A stretch of 64,000 nucleotides of DNA from a virus. The stretch covers positions 1-64,000 of IMG/VR virus record IMGVR_UViG_3300027833_001310. One strand, written 5' to 3'. Both the position numbers and the translations under genes were made by a program. The notes under the pieces are model-generated. The model was not told where the DNA came from and did not search any database. It was given only the letters and a program-made list of their open reading frames with translations. Below, piece after piece: positions 27,157 to 36,292 of the stretch; position 1 is the first letter of the stretch; each line of letters begins with the position of its first letter.

Positions 27157-27798
27157 CTATAGATAGTCTTTTAACGGCAACACAGCCTCACTAAATTTAG
27201 TTACAGTATCGTTTGCAAGGTCTGATTCTTCACGTAACACTTCGTTCCATGTAGAAAGATTATATGCCATGCTTATACGCAATTCTTCTTGCGTGTTTTT
27301 CTTGCCCCAATGGGGTAAATTTGTTGGTGCAAATACAATGCGGCCATCGAAATTTTGCACAGGATAAATGTTCCTATCACCTACTCCTGCATCTGGCTTA
27401 GCATAGTATGTTTCTGTTCGCGTATCATTCAGCACCCAGTATCCATGCCATTCGCCATAATGTGTATGAGGACTAATACGTTGTCCTTTTGCCCAAATAT
27501 TCATCCAACTTTTTAGATAAAAGTCTTTTGGATCTTCTCCTACCATTTCTAACATTTCTACTATTACCGGTATCACATATTGTAACTTAGGAAACCTAGT
27601 CATAACATCTATATGATAACTGCTGTAATCATTAGAGGTATAGTTAAAGTTTTCTGTAGTTGTCGAACCTGGAAACAAGTCTTCTCTGGCGGCTACAATT
27701 TCGTCATGCACTTCTCTGAACTGATCAGTGATAACTTTGCCTTCGATGAAAGGAGTACCATGCAGTGTACCTAATTTTAAATCTTTTTCAATAATCAC
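27157..27798 (-). CDS. 2OG-Fe(II) oxygenase-like protein
   Basis: SWMN..PHTH..HGYW...PHW...RISMAYN. Confidence 0.7.
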   Translation of the reverse strand: MIIEKDLKLGTLHGTPFIEGKVITDQFREVHDEIVAAREDLFPGSTTTENFNYTSNDYSSYHIDVMTRFPKLQYVIPVIVEMLEMVGEDPKDFYLKSWMNIWAKGQRISPHTHYGEWHGYWVLNDTRTETYYAKPDAGVGDRNIYPVQNFDGRIVFAPTNLPHWGKKNTQEELRISMAYNLSTWNEVLREESDLANDTVTKFSEAVLPLKDYL

Positions 27799-28427
27799 TT
27801 ATGCCACTTGTTCTTACGATCTTCAGATAATTCTATATTATCTCGTTTCCATTGCAATGATTTCACTGAACGATGACCTGCGTGGTCGCGTATTCCTAAT
27901 ACATTACTAAAACTCCAATATCCTGTTAGTCTAATTAAATTGTCTGTGGGTACTTTGGCCTTGTGCCACATTCTACCATCAAACAATACCAGTCGGTTGA
28001 ATACATTTTCAACAACATCATCGCCAAGCATCAAGCCAGTATCATAATGCTGACTTCCATGTACTTCAGGATTTAAAAATACTAAACAACTTAAATAGTA
28101 ATCATTAAATCCTACCCTGTCACTGTTAATATCAACATGTCCATCCATAACAAAGCCGTCGCCGGATTGGTTTGCATTTAAATGAGCTCGTTTTAGATGA
28201 GCAAGTTTTGTCTTACTTTGAAATTCTTGTGCATACGGTAGTAACCAATTTTCTGCATCAAATATATTTACAAATTCTTCATATGTAAATAACGTAGATT
28301 GATATGGTGGGCTTTTCGGGTCTGATTCATGTCTTTGAGTTTCTAGTCGTACATGGTTTATAAAATAGTGTTTCCACTTTTCAACTACATGATCGGGCAT
28401 AGCATTGTCTATGACTTTATATTCCAT
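27795..28427 (-). CDS. 2OG-Fe(II) oxygenase
   Basis: HVD...FNRLVLFDGRMWH...R. Confidence 0.75.
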   Translation of the reverse strand: MEYKVIDNAMPDHVVEKWKHYFINHVRLETQRHESDPKSPPYQSTLFTYEEFVNIFDAENWLLPYAQEFQSKTKLAHLKRAHLNANQSGDGFVMDGHVDINSDRVGFNDYYLSCLVFLNPEVHGSQHYDTGLMLGDDVVENVFNRLVLFDGRMWHKAKVPTDNLIRLTGYWSFSNVLGIRDHAGHRSVKSLQWKRDNIELSEDRKNKWHK

Positions 28428-28449
28428 ATTATCTATTTATCGCAAAATC

Positions 28450-28524
28450 TGGAGCGGGTGGGCGGAATCGAACCGCCATCTAAACGTTGGCAACGTCTTG
28501 TAATAACCGTTATACGACACCCGC
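28450..28524 (-). tRNA. tRNA-Gly(GCC)
   Basis: GCGGGTG..AGACG-TTGCCAA-CGTTT..CACCCGC-T-CCA. Confidence 0.93.
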
Positions 28525-28527
28525 AAA

Positions 28528-28604
28528 TGGCGATCCAGAAGAGACTCGAACTCTCAACTTCCGCCGTGACAGGGCGGTGCTCTAACCAATTGAACTACTG
28601 GACC
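28528..28604 (-). tRNA. tRNA-Asp(GTC)
   Basis: GGTCCAG..CCGCC-CTGTCAC-GGCGG..G-CCA. Confidence 0.95.
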
Positions 28605-28680
28605 AGTTGTGGGGTTCGCCGCCCCACCGTCTACTCTACTGCATTATTTAGAATTCGGTCCAAATGCTGTTGACCTAGAG
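28605..28680 (-). ncRNA. Structured tRNA-sized spacer, ncRNA candidate
   Basis: CTCTA/TAGAG stem with inner GCATTTGGA/TCTAAATAATGC helix, plus GTGGGG/CCCCAC hairpin. Confidence 0.35.
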
Positions 28681-28756
28681 TGGTGGAGCCAGGCGGGATC
28701 GAACCGCCGACCCCCTGCTTGCAAAGCAGGTGCTCTCCCATCTGAGCTATGGCCCC
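28681..28756 (-). tRNA. tRNA-Ala(TGC)
   Basis: GGGGCCA..CCTGC-TTTGCAA-GCAGG..A-CCA; G3:U70. Confidence 0.95.
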
Positions 28757-28768
28757 TCATCAATATTT

Positions 28769-28797
28769 ATTATACAGTCTGTGTTATTGGATGTCAA
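28769..28797 (-). promoter_or_regulatory. sigma70-type promoter for the Ala/Asp/Gly tRNAs
   Basis: TTGACA-N17-TATAAT. Confidence 0.85.
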
Positions 28798-29669
28798 CCT
28801 GGCAGTGAAACTATTTGTTGTAAACTTTCAAGTCCGTAGTAAGTATTGTCTCTATTTTTTGCAATACTAGTTACTGGATTACTGAACCATTTCTTTTCAT
28901 CATCCTTGGCTAACTGTTTTACTTTATCACTAAATGGTTGATTAAATATTTCTTCTAAGTATGCAATATGCTCTGTTGGCAAAGGATGTGTGTCATATCG
29001 CTGTGCATGTTTTGTTGCTTTTAGTAGTAAGTTTCTTTTTCTGTACTTACTGTGTAGTTTTGATAGTTCTTTGTTATTTCCTGTATGTATCTCTATATAA
29101 TTTTCAATTACATCTGCATAACTATCGTAACCTGGGAATAGTACATTAACAAAACTAGGCATTATTTTACCACGTATCTTAAGCATTTCCTGTGGCATAG
29201 GTTCTATTTGTAAATTAATACAAGTGCATTGTAATGTATTTTGATATATTATAGATGACTTAATTGCAATCAGAGATTCTAATAACAGTGTATTGTATGT
29301 TTGATGTTTAGTGATTTCAGCAATCTCTTGTTTTCTCTTATCAGAAACTTGTACACTTTTATCTGTAATATTGCCCCAGTGTTTCCATTCATTTGAATCG
29401 CCGTAAAAACTATCTCCTAAAACACTATACCTACTATGCATAGACCACTGTGTAATCACTAAATCGTCTGGTGTAAGATTATATTTGCCGTCTAACAAGA
29501 ATAATTGACTTTGTATGTACTTATTACTTGCACCCGAGTGTCCTAAGTTATACAAAGGAATATCTAGTTCAACTGATAATGCCGCTGCCCACGTAGGCCA
29601 ATTGCGGTAGTTAGTAAAACTGCAACCTATCACAAACAACCTGTTATACTTTTTAGAAAAGTCTATCAT
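28794..29669 (-). CDS. SGNH-like protein
   Basis: VIGCSFT, NLGHSGASN, DTHPLPTEH. Confidence 0.6.
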   Translation of the reverse strand: MIDFSKKYNRLFVIGCSFTNYRNWPTWAAALSVELDIPLYNLGHSGASNKYIQSQLFLLDGKYNLTPDDLVITQWSMHSRYSVLGDSFYGDSNEWKHWGNITDKSVQVSDKRKQEIAEITKHQTYNTLLLESLIAIKSSIIYQNTLQCTCINLQIEPMPQEMLKIRGKIMPSFVNVLFPGYDSYADVIENYIEIHTGNNKELSKLHSKYRKRNLLLKATKHAQRYDTHPLPTEHIAYLEEIFNQPFSDKVKQLAKDDEKKWFSNPVTSIAKNRDNTYYGLESLQQIVSLPG

Positions 29670-30241
29670 AACATTATAGGTACTTGTATGAATGGATTGT
29701 TTAGGTCTGTTAATGTTTCATTCACATCAAATGCTAATGTAATTCGAGGCTCTTCAAACTTATCTACTGTTAACACTCGGTGTTTGTTTTTGCCTGGTCC
29801 TATGTAGATGTTACCTACTTGGTTCTCAATGTTTACGGTTTCAAACTGGGTAATGGTATTGTTTGGTCTAATGGACATGTATCCATGGAATAGTGAGGTG
29901 TGGTTATGCCAATTCAGCACTGACTTTTCGTTATGGTAGTTTATCCAACACTTTAAATACAGAGAACTGCTACCACCTGTGTAGAAATCTTTTATTAAAC
30001 TAAGCAATTCGTCAAACACAATGTTCCACTCTTTGCTGTTTCTTAACAGTAGTAAAGCATTATACTCATTATACAAACTAGTAGAATCCTGCTTAGTATT
30101 CTTATAACGTTGTATATCGGATGTATTTGCATTGTTACTAGAAAATTGCTCACTATACACTAACATTATATCGTCGACATACTTAGATAATGTATCAGCA
30201 TTATCAATAATGTATTGAGATTTGTGTAGTGTGTAATTCAT
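29666..30241 (-). CDS. 2OG-Fe(II) oxygenase-like protein
   Basis: CWIN..WHNH..FHGY...HRV...RITLAFD. Confidence 0.7.
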   Translation of the reverse strand: MNYTLHKSQYIIDNADTLSKYVDDIMLVYSEQFSSNNANTSDIQRYKNTKQDSTSLYNEYNALLLLRNSKEWNIVFDELLSLIKDFYTGGSSSLYLKCWINYHNEKSVLNWHNHTSLFHGYMSIRPNNTITQFETVNIENQVGNIYIGPGKNKHRVLTVDKFEEPRITLAFDVNETLTDLNNPFIQVPIML

Positions 30242-30265
30242 GTAGTCTTATTTATTCTACTTGTA

Positions 30266-30355
30266 TGGCGGAGAGTGAGGGATTCGAACCCTCGGTCCAG
30301 TTACCCAGACGCCTCCTTAGCAGGGAGGTACTTTCGACCACTCAGCCAACTCTCC
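30266..30355 (-). tRNA. tRNA-Ser(GCT)
   Basis: Long variable arm; CCTCC-CTGCTAA-GGAGG; G-CCA. Confidence 0.95.
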
Positions 30356-30360
30356 AATAT

Positions 30361-30437
30361 TGGTACGCCTTAGTGGATTCGAACCACTGACCTACGGCTT
30401 AGAAGGCCGTTGCTCTATCCAGCTGAGCTAAAGGCGC
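30361..30437 (-). tRNA. tRNA-Arg(TCT)
   Basis: ACGGC-CTTCTAA-GCCGT; CCA. Confidence 0.95.
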
Positions 30438-30471
30438 AACACTCTGTTACTTCTAATAGAAGTGTCGATTC

Positions 30472-30555
30472 GAAAAGGCCCCGCACCAGTATTCTCTGGC
30501 TGTACAAATGAACGTACTGCACCTCACGAGTTCGTTGTTCTGAACCCGCCTTTTC
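30472..30555 (-). ncRNA. Multibranch structured RNA candidate
   Basis: GAAAAGGC/GCCTTTTC closing stem with three internal hairpins. Confidence 0.45.
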
Positions 30556-30583
30556 TTGCCCTTGTTTTCCCACATAAAAACTT

Positions 30584-30790
30584 TTATATGTAATTCGGTC
30601 TGTGCTTATTATACAGTTCGTTAGCCACTGTGTCAAGTCCTAATCCACAACAAATATCCATTTGTCTACGAATCTCATTTGATTGCTCGTTACCTTTTGT
30701 CCACGCACGATGGTCATCACTGTAGTTATATGTCCAATCGTGTGTCTTTAATAACTTTTCTAGTGTGTCTAGATCTGGATGTATTGACAT
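30584..30790 (-). CDS. Hypothetical protein
   Basis: HDWTYNYSDD..W; AAGGA SD. Confidence 0.65.
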   Translation of the reverse strand: MSIHPDLDTLEKLLKTHDWTYNYSDDHRAWTKGNEQSNEIRRQMDICCGLGLDTVANELYNKHRPNYI

Positions 30791-30881
30791 TATTTCTATC
30801 CTTTTGCTTCAATATTCGGTGCTTTAAACAGCATATAAGCGGTTCTGTACGCACTTTGTGGTATAACTGTGCTTGTGGTGC

Positions 30882-31277
30882 CTATTTAAATAACTCTGCT
30901 AATGTTAGCAATACTGCTGTTCCTGTAATGGCACTACCTATCATAATTGCTTTGTCGTTCCAACAATGCCCTACATAAGTCCAAGCAATACTACTTAGTG
31001 CGTAAGCTATTCTACCTTCAGTCATAAACTCTGCACTTTGCAAAAATACTCCTAGGACTGCGAGTATTGTTGCTGCCCATTTAATATAACTATCAACTGT
31101 ACCAGTAGGAGTTGCAGGACTTAGGTCTTCAACTTGAACCTGTAGTTCTTCCATCTCTTGCCTTAACCGAGATCGTTCAGCATTCAACTCCATAGCCAGG
31201 CGGCCAGTTTTAGTCATAGTGCTTGACTCGAACTGTTCCTTAACTTCTGCTTTTATTTCTTTTGCTTTATCACTCAT
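30882..31277 (-). CDS. Coiled-coil plus three-TM membrane protein
   Basis: Start corrected to MSDKAK (longer call overlaps tRNA-Trp); TAAGTA-N5-ATG. Confidence 0.65.
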   Translation of the reverse strand: MSDKAKEIKAEVKEQFESSTMTKTGRLAMELNAERSRLRQEMEELQVQVEDLSPATPTGTVDSYIKWAATILAVLGVFLQSAEFMTEGRIAYALSSIAWTYVGHCWNDKAIMIGSAITGTAVLLTLAELFK

Positions 31278-31299
31278 ACTATTACTTATATCTTTAAAC

Positions 31300-31374
31300 T
31301 GGCGAGCTAGTAAGGATTTGAACCCCAATCGCAAGGTTTTGGAGACCTGCATCTTACCATTAGAACACTAACTC
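31300..31374 (-). tRNA. tRNA-Trp(CCA)
   Basis: GAGTTAG..AGGT-CTCCAAA-ACCT..CTAGCTC-G-CCA. Confidence 0.9.
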
Positions 31375-31380
31375 TTGTTT

Positions 31381-31457
31381 TGGTGGGCCTTCTAGGACTT
31401 GAACCTAGGACCTGACGATTATGAGTCGTATGCTCTAACCAACTGAGCTAAAGGCCC
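31381..31457 (-). tRNA. tRNA with CAT anticodon, probably Ile2 (lysidine type)
   Basis: GGGCCTT..ACGA-CTCATAA-TCGT; no initiator features; ileX-like sequence. Confidence 0.85.
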
Positions 31458-31504
31458 AAATTTATTGCTCTCTGTTTTTACCCTGGGAGAGCCATACCAG
31501 AATT

Positions 31505-31591
31505 TGGTACCCGGAGACGGACTTGAACCGTCATGCCATTGCTGGCGAGGGATTTTAAGTCCCTTGTGTCTACCAATTCCACCATCCGGGC
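31505..31591 (-). tRNA. tRNA-Leu(TAA)
   Basis: GCCCGGA..AGGGA-CTTAAAA-TCCCT, variable arm, A-CCA. Confidence 0.95.
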
Positions 31592-31779
31592 TAAAAATCT
31601 AACTCTAGTTGCCTAGAGTCTGTTTGGTCGTGATATGCTTCAGTATGTTCAGCAGCGTCAGTTAACACTTTAATAATGCCTATACGAGCAAATTGCTCTG
31701 TGGATTTTTCGTCCATATCTATAATGATATTTGCACCACCATCTTCTCTGTCGACTACATCTAGTACATCTATTCGCAT
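31591..31779 (-). CDS. Hypothetical protein
   Basis: Start corrected to MRIDVLD downstream of the promoter. Confidence 0.6.
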   Translation of the reverse strand: MRIDVLDVVDREDGGANIIIDMDEKSTEQFARIGIIKVLTDAAEHTEAYHDQTDSRQLELDF

Positions 31780-31806
31780 TGTTTGTTTCTCTTTATGATA
31801 GCGTGT

Positions 31807-31835
31807 ATTATACAGTTGTACACTGGGTTTGTCAA
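31807..31835 (-). promoter_or_regulatory. sigma70-type promoter
   Basis: TTGACA-N17-TATAAT. Confidence 0.85.
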
Positions 31836-32302
31836 GCATTCTTTTTCAAATAATTAAAATAATATTCAGCTAATGCATCTTGCTTTGAGTAGGCTTCTTT
31901 CTCCCACGGAGCGTCCCAATATTCATCTTGGCTTTTCTTAGCAACAAACTTCTTGCCTTTAAATGTCGGCTCTGAGCTTAGGTCAAGCCCGTCTTTTACA
32001 AACTGCTTTACATGTATCATTTCGTGTGCAAGAGTTTTAATCATATCTCTGAAACGCTTCTTACGCCAAATAAAGATACTTACTTCCCATGGCTTTGATT
32101 TTTTATACTGTTTTGCCCAACACCAGCCTTGGCAATCGCCGTCTGTTTTGTTTACAGTACGACCCATTGTAATATCAAACTCCATTGGCACATGTGCAAT
32201 ACCTAACTTTGCACTCATAATAGCAACTGCTGATTCTATTTTTAGTGCAACATCTTTATCGTAAGGCTTTCCGCCAGATGGTCCAGCAACGAAAATTGAC
32301 AT
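31832..32302 (-). CDS. HExxH zincin-like metalloprotein (paralog of 22463)
   Basis: LAHEMIHVKQF, APWEKEA; GAGG SD before MSIF. Confidence 0.7.
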   Translation of the reverse strand: MSIFVAGPSGGKPYDKDVALKIESAVAIMSAKLGIAHVPMEFDITMGRTVNKTDGDCQGWCWAKQYKKSKPWEVSIFIWRKKRFRDMIKTLAHEMIHVKQFVKDGLDLSSEPTFKGKKFVAKKSQDEYWDAPWEKEAYSKQDALAEYYFNYLKKNA

Positions 32303-32307
32303 TGTGT

Positions 32308-32847
32308 TTACCTCTCGGTTACGTTGAAATGCTTGTATGTTTGCTGTACGCAAACTGCTTGGTAGTATGCATCAGCATCTGCACTATGCAGGTTTTGCTG
32401 AATTGCTTTACGTGGGTCCATTGGCATCATGTTAAAGATTGTTCTACAATCCATAATCTGCCAAAATGCCCAACCTTTGTGATGATTAAATTGTGTGAAT
32501 AAGTTCTCAAGTATAACCATATCAAACTGAGGTCCTTGGCACCAAATTTTATCTACACCAACAAGATACTTGTTTAGTTCGCCCATAAATGAAGTAACAG
32601 TCATCCTGAATGTTTCACTGAATGCTTCATCTTGTATGTGTGCAGGTTGCTTTGCCCACCACTCTAATGTACTATCTAGCACACTACGGTCTACTTCAGT
32701 TTGTGCATCAATCTCAGGCTTCCACAGCGTCTTAGCATGCGGTTCTGTGGACACAAACGGGTCAAATTTAACTGCTCCAACTGATAATACTACACAATCT
32801 GGTTCAGTGCCTAGTGTTTCGATATCTATCATTGCGTGTGTTTTCAT
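32308..32847 (-). CDS. DEDDh 3'-5' exonuclease
   Basis: MIDIETLG, GPQFDMVIL, DCRT, HSADADA. Confidence 0.85.
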   Translation of the reverse strand: MKTHAMIDIETLGTEPDCVVLSVGAVKFDPFVSTEPHAKTLWKPEIDAQTEVDRSVLDSTLEWWAKQPAHIQDEAFSETFRMTVTSFMGELNKYLVGVDKIWCQGPQFDMVILENLFTQFNHHKGWAFWQIMDCRTIFNMMPMDPRKAIQQNLHSADADAYYQAVCVQQTYKHFNVTER

Positions 32848-32853
32848 GTAGTT

Positions 32854-32882
32854 ATTATAACAATATCACACCTAAATGTCAA
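32854..32882 (-). promoter_or_regulatory. sigma70-type promoter
   Basis: TTGACA-N17-TATAAT. Confidence 0.85.
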
Positions 32883-32911
32883 GGAAAAAATTCCCTTTAT
32901 TTTTCAATGAC

Positions 32912-33577
32912 TTACGTTTCTCTATAAAAGTACGATGCTGTTGGAGGCTCTTCGTTTGCAAAATCCCACTTTAATTCTCTGGACCAAAAGAAAGGAGACT
33001 CTATATAATCTTTACCTGTACCCACGGAGTGGGACTCATAGGAGTCTGAATGTAGCTTATTCCATATAATCCTAGGATCGTATTCGAAAACAAATTGATC
33101 AGATAATGGTCCGCCTAATTGCCATACTAAATCTGGATGTGTGAACACAGTTTGTCCTTGCATTATCCACTGAATAAACCCCAAAGGCCGCCAATGTGTG
33201 CAAACCTGCCATGACTGCCCACATATAAGTATGTTTACACTTTTTGCATTATTATATTTGCCGAGTCCGGTTTGACATGCTTCCGGAAATTCTCGAAATA
33301 TGTCTACCATATTCTCACATCTTCTAATTTTGAGATGGGCGTTGTTGTAATTATTACTGCGTATATTATCTAATATCACGCTAGAAGTGTATGTGTCACG
33401 TTCTGTATTTGGGATTGTGTAAGTTGCTAGTGCAACATTCTTAAAATCGTATGTGCTTAATCTATTTACAATACGTTCGTAAAATTTATTGAGCTCTTTA
33501 TGGGCATTCACTGTAAGCCATTCGTCTGTTGCAGGCCAGCAATCTATTAGAATTACTAGGTCAAAGTGAGGGGTCAT
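32912..33577 (-). CDS. Hypothetical, weakly isochorismatase/cysteine-hydrolase-like
   Basis: VILIDCW and ICGQSWQVC pattern. Confidence 0.4.
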   Translation of the reverse strand: MTPHFDLVILIDCWPATDEWLTVNAHKELNKFYERIVNRLSTYDFKNVALATYTIPNTERDTYTSSVILDNIRSNNYNNAHLKIRRCENMVDIFREFPEACQTGLGKYNNAKSVNILICGQSWQVCTHWRPLGFIQWIMQGQTVFTHPDLVWQLGGPLSDQFVFEYDPRIIWNKLHSDSYESHSVGTGKDYIESPFFWSRELKWDFANEEPPTASYFYRET

Positions 33578-34437
33578 TACAATGTTAGTACAGTATCGTC
33601 CGGCAACTGATCTTCATTTACTGCGGCTAATTGTCCTGCACCTTTAACGTCTTCGCCCCATTTCATTTTCTCAAATGGATCTTGTTCACCTTTTCTAACA
33701 GCATTCCACCAAGTTAAATCAGCACCGTTTGTTCTTTCTAAGAACCATGCAATCTTGTGTGCCGTAGCAACACGAGCATGTTGCATTGCTTCATGACCGA
33801 AATCTTTAGGGTCAGAAGGATTGCCTTCCATGTACTTACGATTCTTAAATGTTTCATCATCGTTATTGCCAGTGATGTCTGCTCTGTCGTGTATAAACTC
33901 AACATCAATGCGTTCAAATATATCTAACATGTATGCAACATGACTTAACCATGCATCATTTTGTGCATTCTGACTTAGGTGGCCAACAAGTATATACCAG
34001 TCACGTGGCACCACTGGGAATATAGCATAAGGATGTCCGTTGTGATTATCTCTAGGTGCTAGTAATTTAAATTGCCCTGTGTAACTATCAATTATTTCGT
34101 CCCATCCTTGTGTTTCCATTAACCCGTCATCATTCCAAAAGAATAACCATTCGCCTGTTGCTGCTCCAGCTAGTGTGTTTACATAGGTGTGCAAATTTTC
34201 GTAACCAAGCGGTTCAAAAATATTTGCTCTCGCTTCTACACCTAAATCTTGCAAGTAAGGTGCTATAGTTTCTTTAATATATTCAGTAGTAGCAGTATCA
34301 TCGTTATCTAGTCCAAGCATTATTTCAATGTCTTTTGGATTAGTTGCTTTGGACATCAAAGACTTAATACTTTTTTCAAGTAGTTCAGGTCTGCCCCTAG
34401 TAGGTAGTAAAACTGTTATTTTCTTTATTGATTCCAT
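33577..34437 (-). CDS. Glycosyltransferase family 2-like
   Basis: TVLLPTRGR, LDNDD, ATGEWLFFWNDD. Confidence 0.8.
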   Translation of the reverse strand: MESIKKITVLLPTRGRPELLEKSIKSLMSKATNPKDIEIMLGLDNDDTATTEYIKETIAPYLQDLGVEARANIFEPLGYENLHTYVNTLAGAATGEWLFFWNDDGLMETQGWDEIIDSYTGQFKLLAPRDNHNGHPYAIFPVVPRDWYILVGHLSQNAQNDAWLSHVAYMLDIFERIDVEFIHDRADITGNNDDETFKNRKYMEGNPSDPKDFGHEAMQHARVATAHKIAWFLERTNGADLTWWNAVRKGEQDPFEKMKWGEDVKGAGQLAAVNEDQLPDDTVLTL

Positions 34438-34447
34438 TTGCTATTCC

Positions 34448-35377
34448 TTATGTATTTGTAACTGGCTTGTCATTCTTTCCAGTAAACAATTTTCTAATAT
34501 TACCGCGGAATGTGTAATGCCCAACGTGATTAAGTGCTGTTCTAGGGTCTAACCAAACTTCACCACCCATGTCCTGCCAACGTCTACAGAATGTATAATC
34601 CTCTGACAAGTAACGTCTGCTTTCTGGGTCAATAATACAATCAAACAGTGCATACATAAATGGTTCAAACTTAGCATCAACGTTAATGTCGTTGACATAT
34701 TTTGTTTCAGGATGGTTATCAAACATTTTTTGTATAACTTCTTTGTTAATACACATGAAGCCTGTGCCTGCATCTTTTAACTTAACAAGGTTGTCAACAA
34801 TTTGAACTGCTGGAGTTCTGTTGCCGTCTTTGTCTTTTAGGAAATCAAAGTTTACAACATAGTTTGAACTATGTCCTTCGATTGTTTCTGCTGTTTCATT
34901 TAAGTCATCTCTAGCCGCTTCGATAATGCTGTTCCAGTTGACTGCTTTCTTAGGATATGCTCCTACAATAACCGGCTTGTCATATGCAACCATTCTTAAG
35001 ATGTCTTCAGGATTAAATTCTATGTCTGCATCAATAAAGAACAAGTGTGTTGCTTCCGGATTTTCCATAAAGAAACTTGTTAGTGTATTTCTGCCTCTAG
35101 TGATTAAACTTTCATTTGCAAGTGTGCTAATAGTATATTTAATGTCATACTTATTACACAAGATTGCAAAACGCATCATACTTCTAAAGTAAGGCTCACC
35201 TAGTTGTCCACCGTAGCAAGGTGTTGCAATAAAGATATGTTTTTGTCTTAATAGACCTAATGGTATTTCAATTTTTGCATCTAGCAACTGGTGCATTACA
35301 TCGCTATCATTTGCTTGTTGCTTGGCAGGGTTGGCTGGAGCGTTATTTGCTTTAGCCTTACTTTTTTTGTTTGACAT
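34448..35377 (-). CDS. GT-A glycosyltransferase-like protein
   Basis: IATPCYGG, ESLITRGRN, FIDADI, GTGFM, LSEDYTFCRRW. Confidence 0.8.
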   Translation of the reverse strand: MSNKKSKAKANNAPANPAKQQANDSDVMHQLLDAKIEIPLGLLRQKHIFIATPCYGGQLGEPYFRSMMRFAILCNKYDIKYTISTLANESLITRGRNTLTSFFMENPEATHLFFIDADIEFNPEDILRMVAYDKPVIVGAYPKKAVNWNSIIEAARDDLNETAETIEGHSSNYVVNFDFLKDKDGNRTPAVQIVDNLVKLKDAGTGFMCINKEVIQKMFDNHPETKYVNDINVDAKFEPFMYALFDCIIDPESRRYLSEDYTFCRRWQDMGGEVWLDPRTALNHVGHYTFRGNIRKLFTGKNDKPVTNT

Positions 35378-35400
35378 TTTTTGTCCTGTAGTGTGTATTG

Positions 35401-35476
35401 TGGAGCTCCCAAACCGATTCGAACGGTTGACCTACTGATTACAAATCAGTTGCTCTACCAACTGAGCTATGGGAGC
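35401..35476 (-). tRNA. tRNA-Thr(TGT)
   Basis: GCTCCCA..ACTGA-TTTGTAA-TCAGT..T-CCA. Confidence 0.95.
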
Positions 35477-35548
35477 ATAAACTTTATGTTCTTTATATTT
35501 ACTTTTATTCTTGGAAGGGTGCCAAGATAAATGGCTAGATTTATCTTG

Positions 35549-35713
35549 TTAGCGGGAAGGTTTGCTAGATATGAATTCGTTGAGCTTTTCAGCTTCTGCA
35601 ACAATGTCTTCTGTGGTAGGCATGTGCTCTGCTTGCTTTGCTTTTGCTTGAAGTATAAGTCTCGCTTCTTGCAGAAGTTCGAGTCTAATCTCGTATGGTG
35701 TTTTGTTAGACAA
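35549..35713 (-). CDS. Small hypothetical protein (54 aa)
   Basis: AAGGAG SD, TTG start, MSNKTPYEIRLELLQEARL...; late TAAATA upstream. Confidence 0.7.
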   Translation of the reverse strand: MSNKTPYEIRLELLQEARLILQAKAKQAEHMPTTEDIVAEAEKLNEFISSKPSR

Positions 35714-35788
35714 TTTAGTCTCCTTTTAAGTTATCTCTGCATGTATTTATCGTATAGGTAAAAATAACTTAACGCACTGTTTAACAAA

Positions 35789-36292
35789 CTAAATTATACT
35801 TTCCTTGCTTAACATTTTTACTAACGCTCGGTACGGTAGTAACTTTAAAGTGTCTTCAAACTCTACAGTAAACATATACCTATCTTCTTCAAAGTTAAAA
35901 ACTGTGTGCGACACCTGTGTATTAAAAAGATACATAGTGTTTGACTGATAGTCCAATTGGGTTGTTTTATTTTTTTCTGTATCTACGAATGCACAAAAAC
36001 TATTCTTGTGTTGTAGTAACATATTGATACCAACACCTCTATCTGCGTCCTTGTGTAATTTATAATAGTCAAAGGCTAACATTTTTGTTACCCCTACACC
36101 TTTAATTTTTGCAATACTGTTGATAGTTTCTAATGTTGGACAAATAGAAAAGACATGATCTATATCTAAACTAATTGCCCAGAATCCAAAATACGGATAC
36201 CACTCATCTCGTTCTAGTGCTTCTTGAAGTGCGTATTCTGCAAGTTTGCCACTGTTACACAATAGTGTTTGGTAGCATTCAGTAGTTTTCAT
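35789..36292 (-). CDS. 2OG-Fe(II) oxygenase-like protein
   Basis: LHKD..INML..FNTQVSHTV..R. Confidence 0.65.
   Translation of the reverse strand: MKTTECYQTLLCNSGKLAEYALQEALERDEWYPYFGFWAISLDIDHVFSICPTLETINSIAKIKGVGVTKMLAFDYYKLHKDADRGVGINMLLQHKNSFCAFVDTEKNKTTQLDYQSNTMYLFNTQVSHTVFNFEEDRYMFTVEFEDTLKLLPYRALVKMLSKESII

Noticed and set aside
28353-28839. ORF calls 28353..28673 and 28609..28839
   Set aside because: Antisense to tRNA genes; spurious
30415-30636. 73-aa ORF
   Set aside because: Overlaps tRNA-Arg and another CDS; the region is better explained as structured RNA
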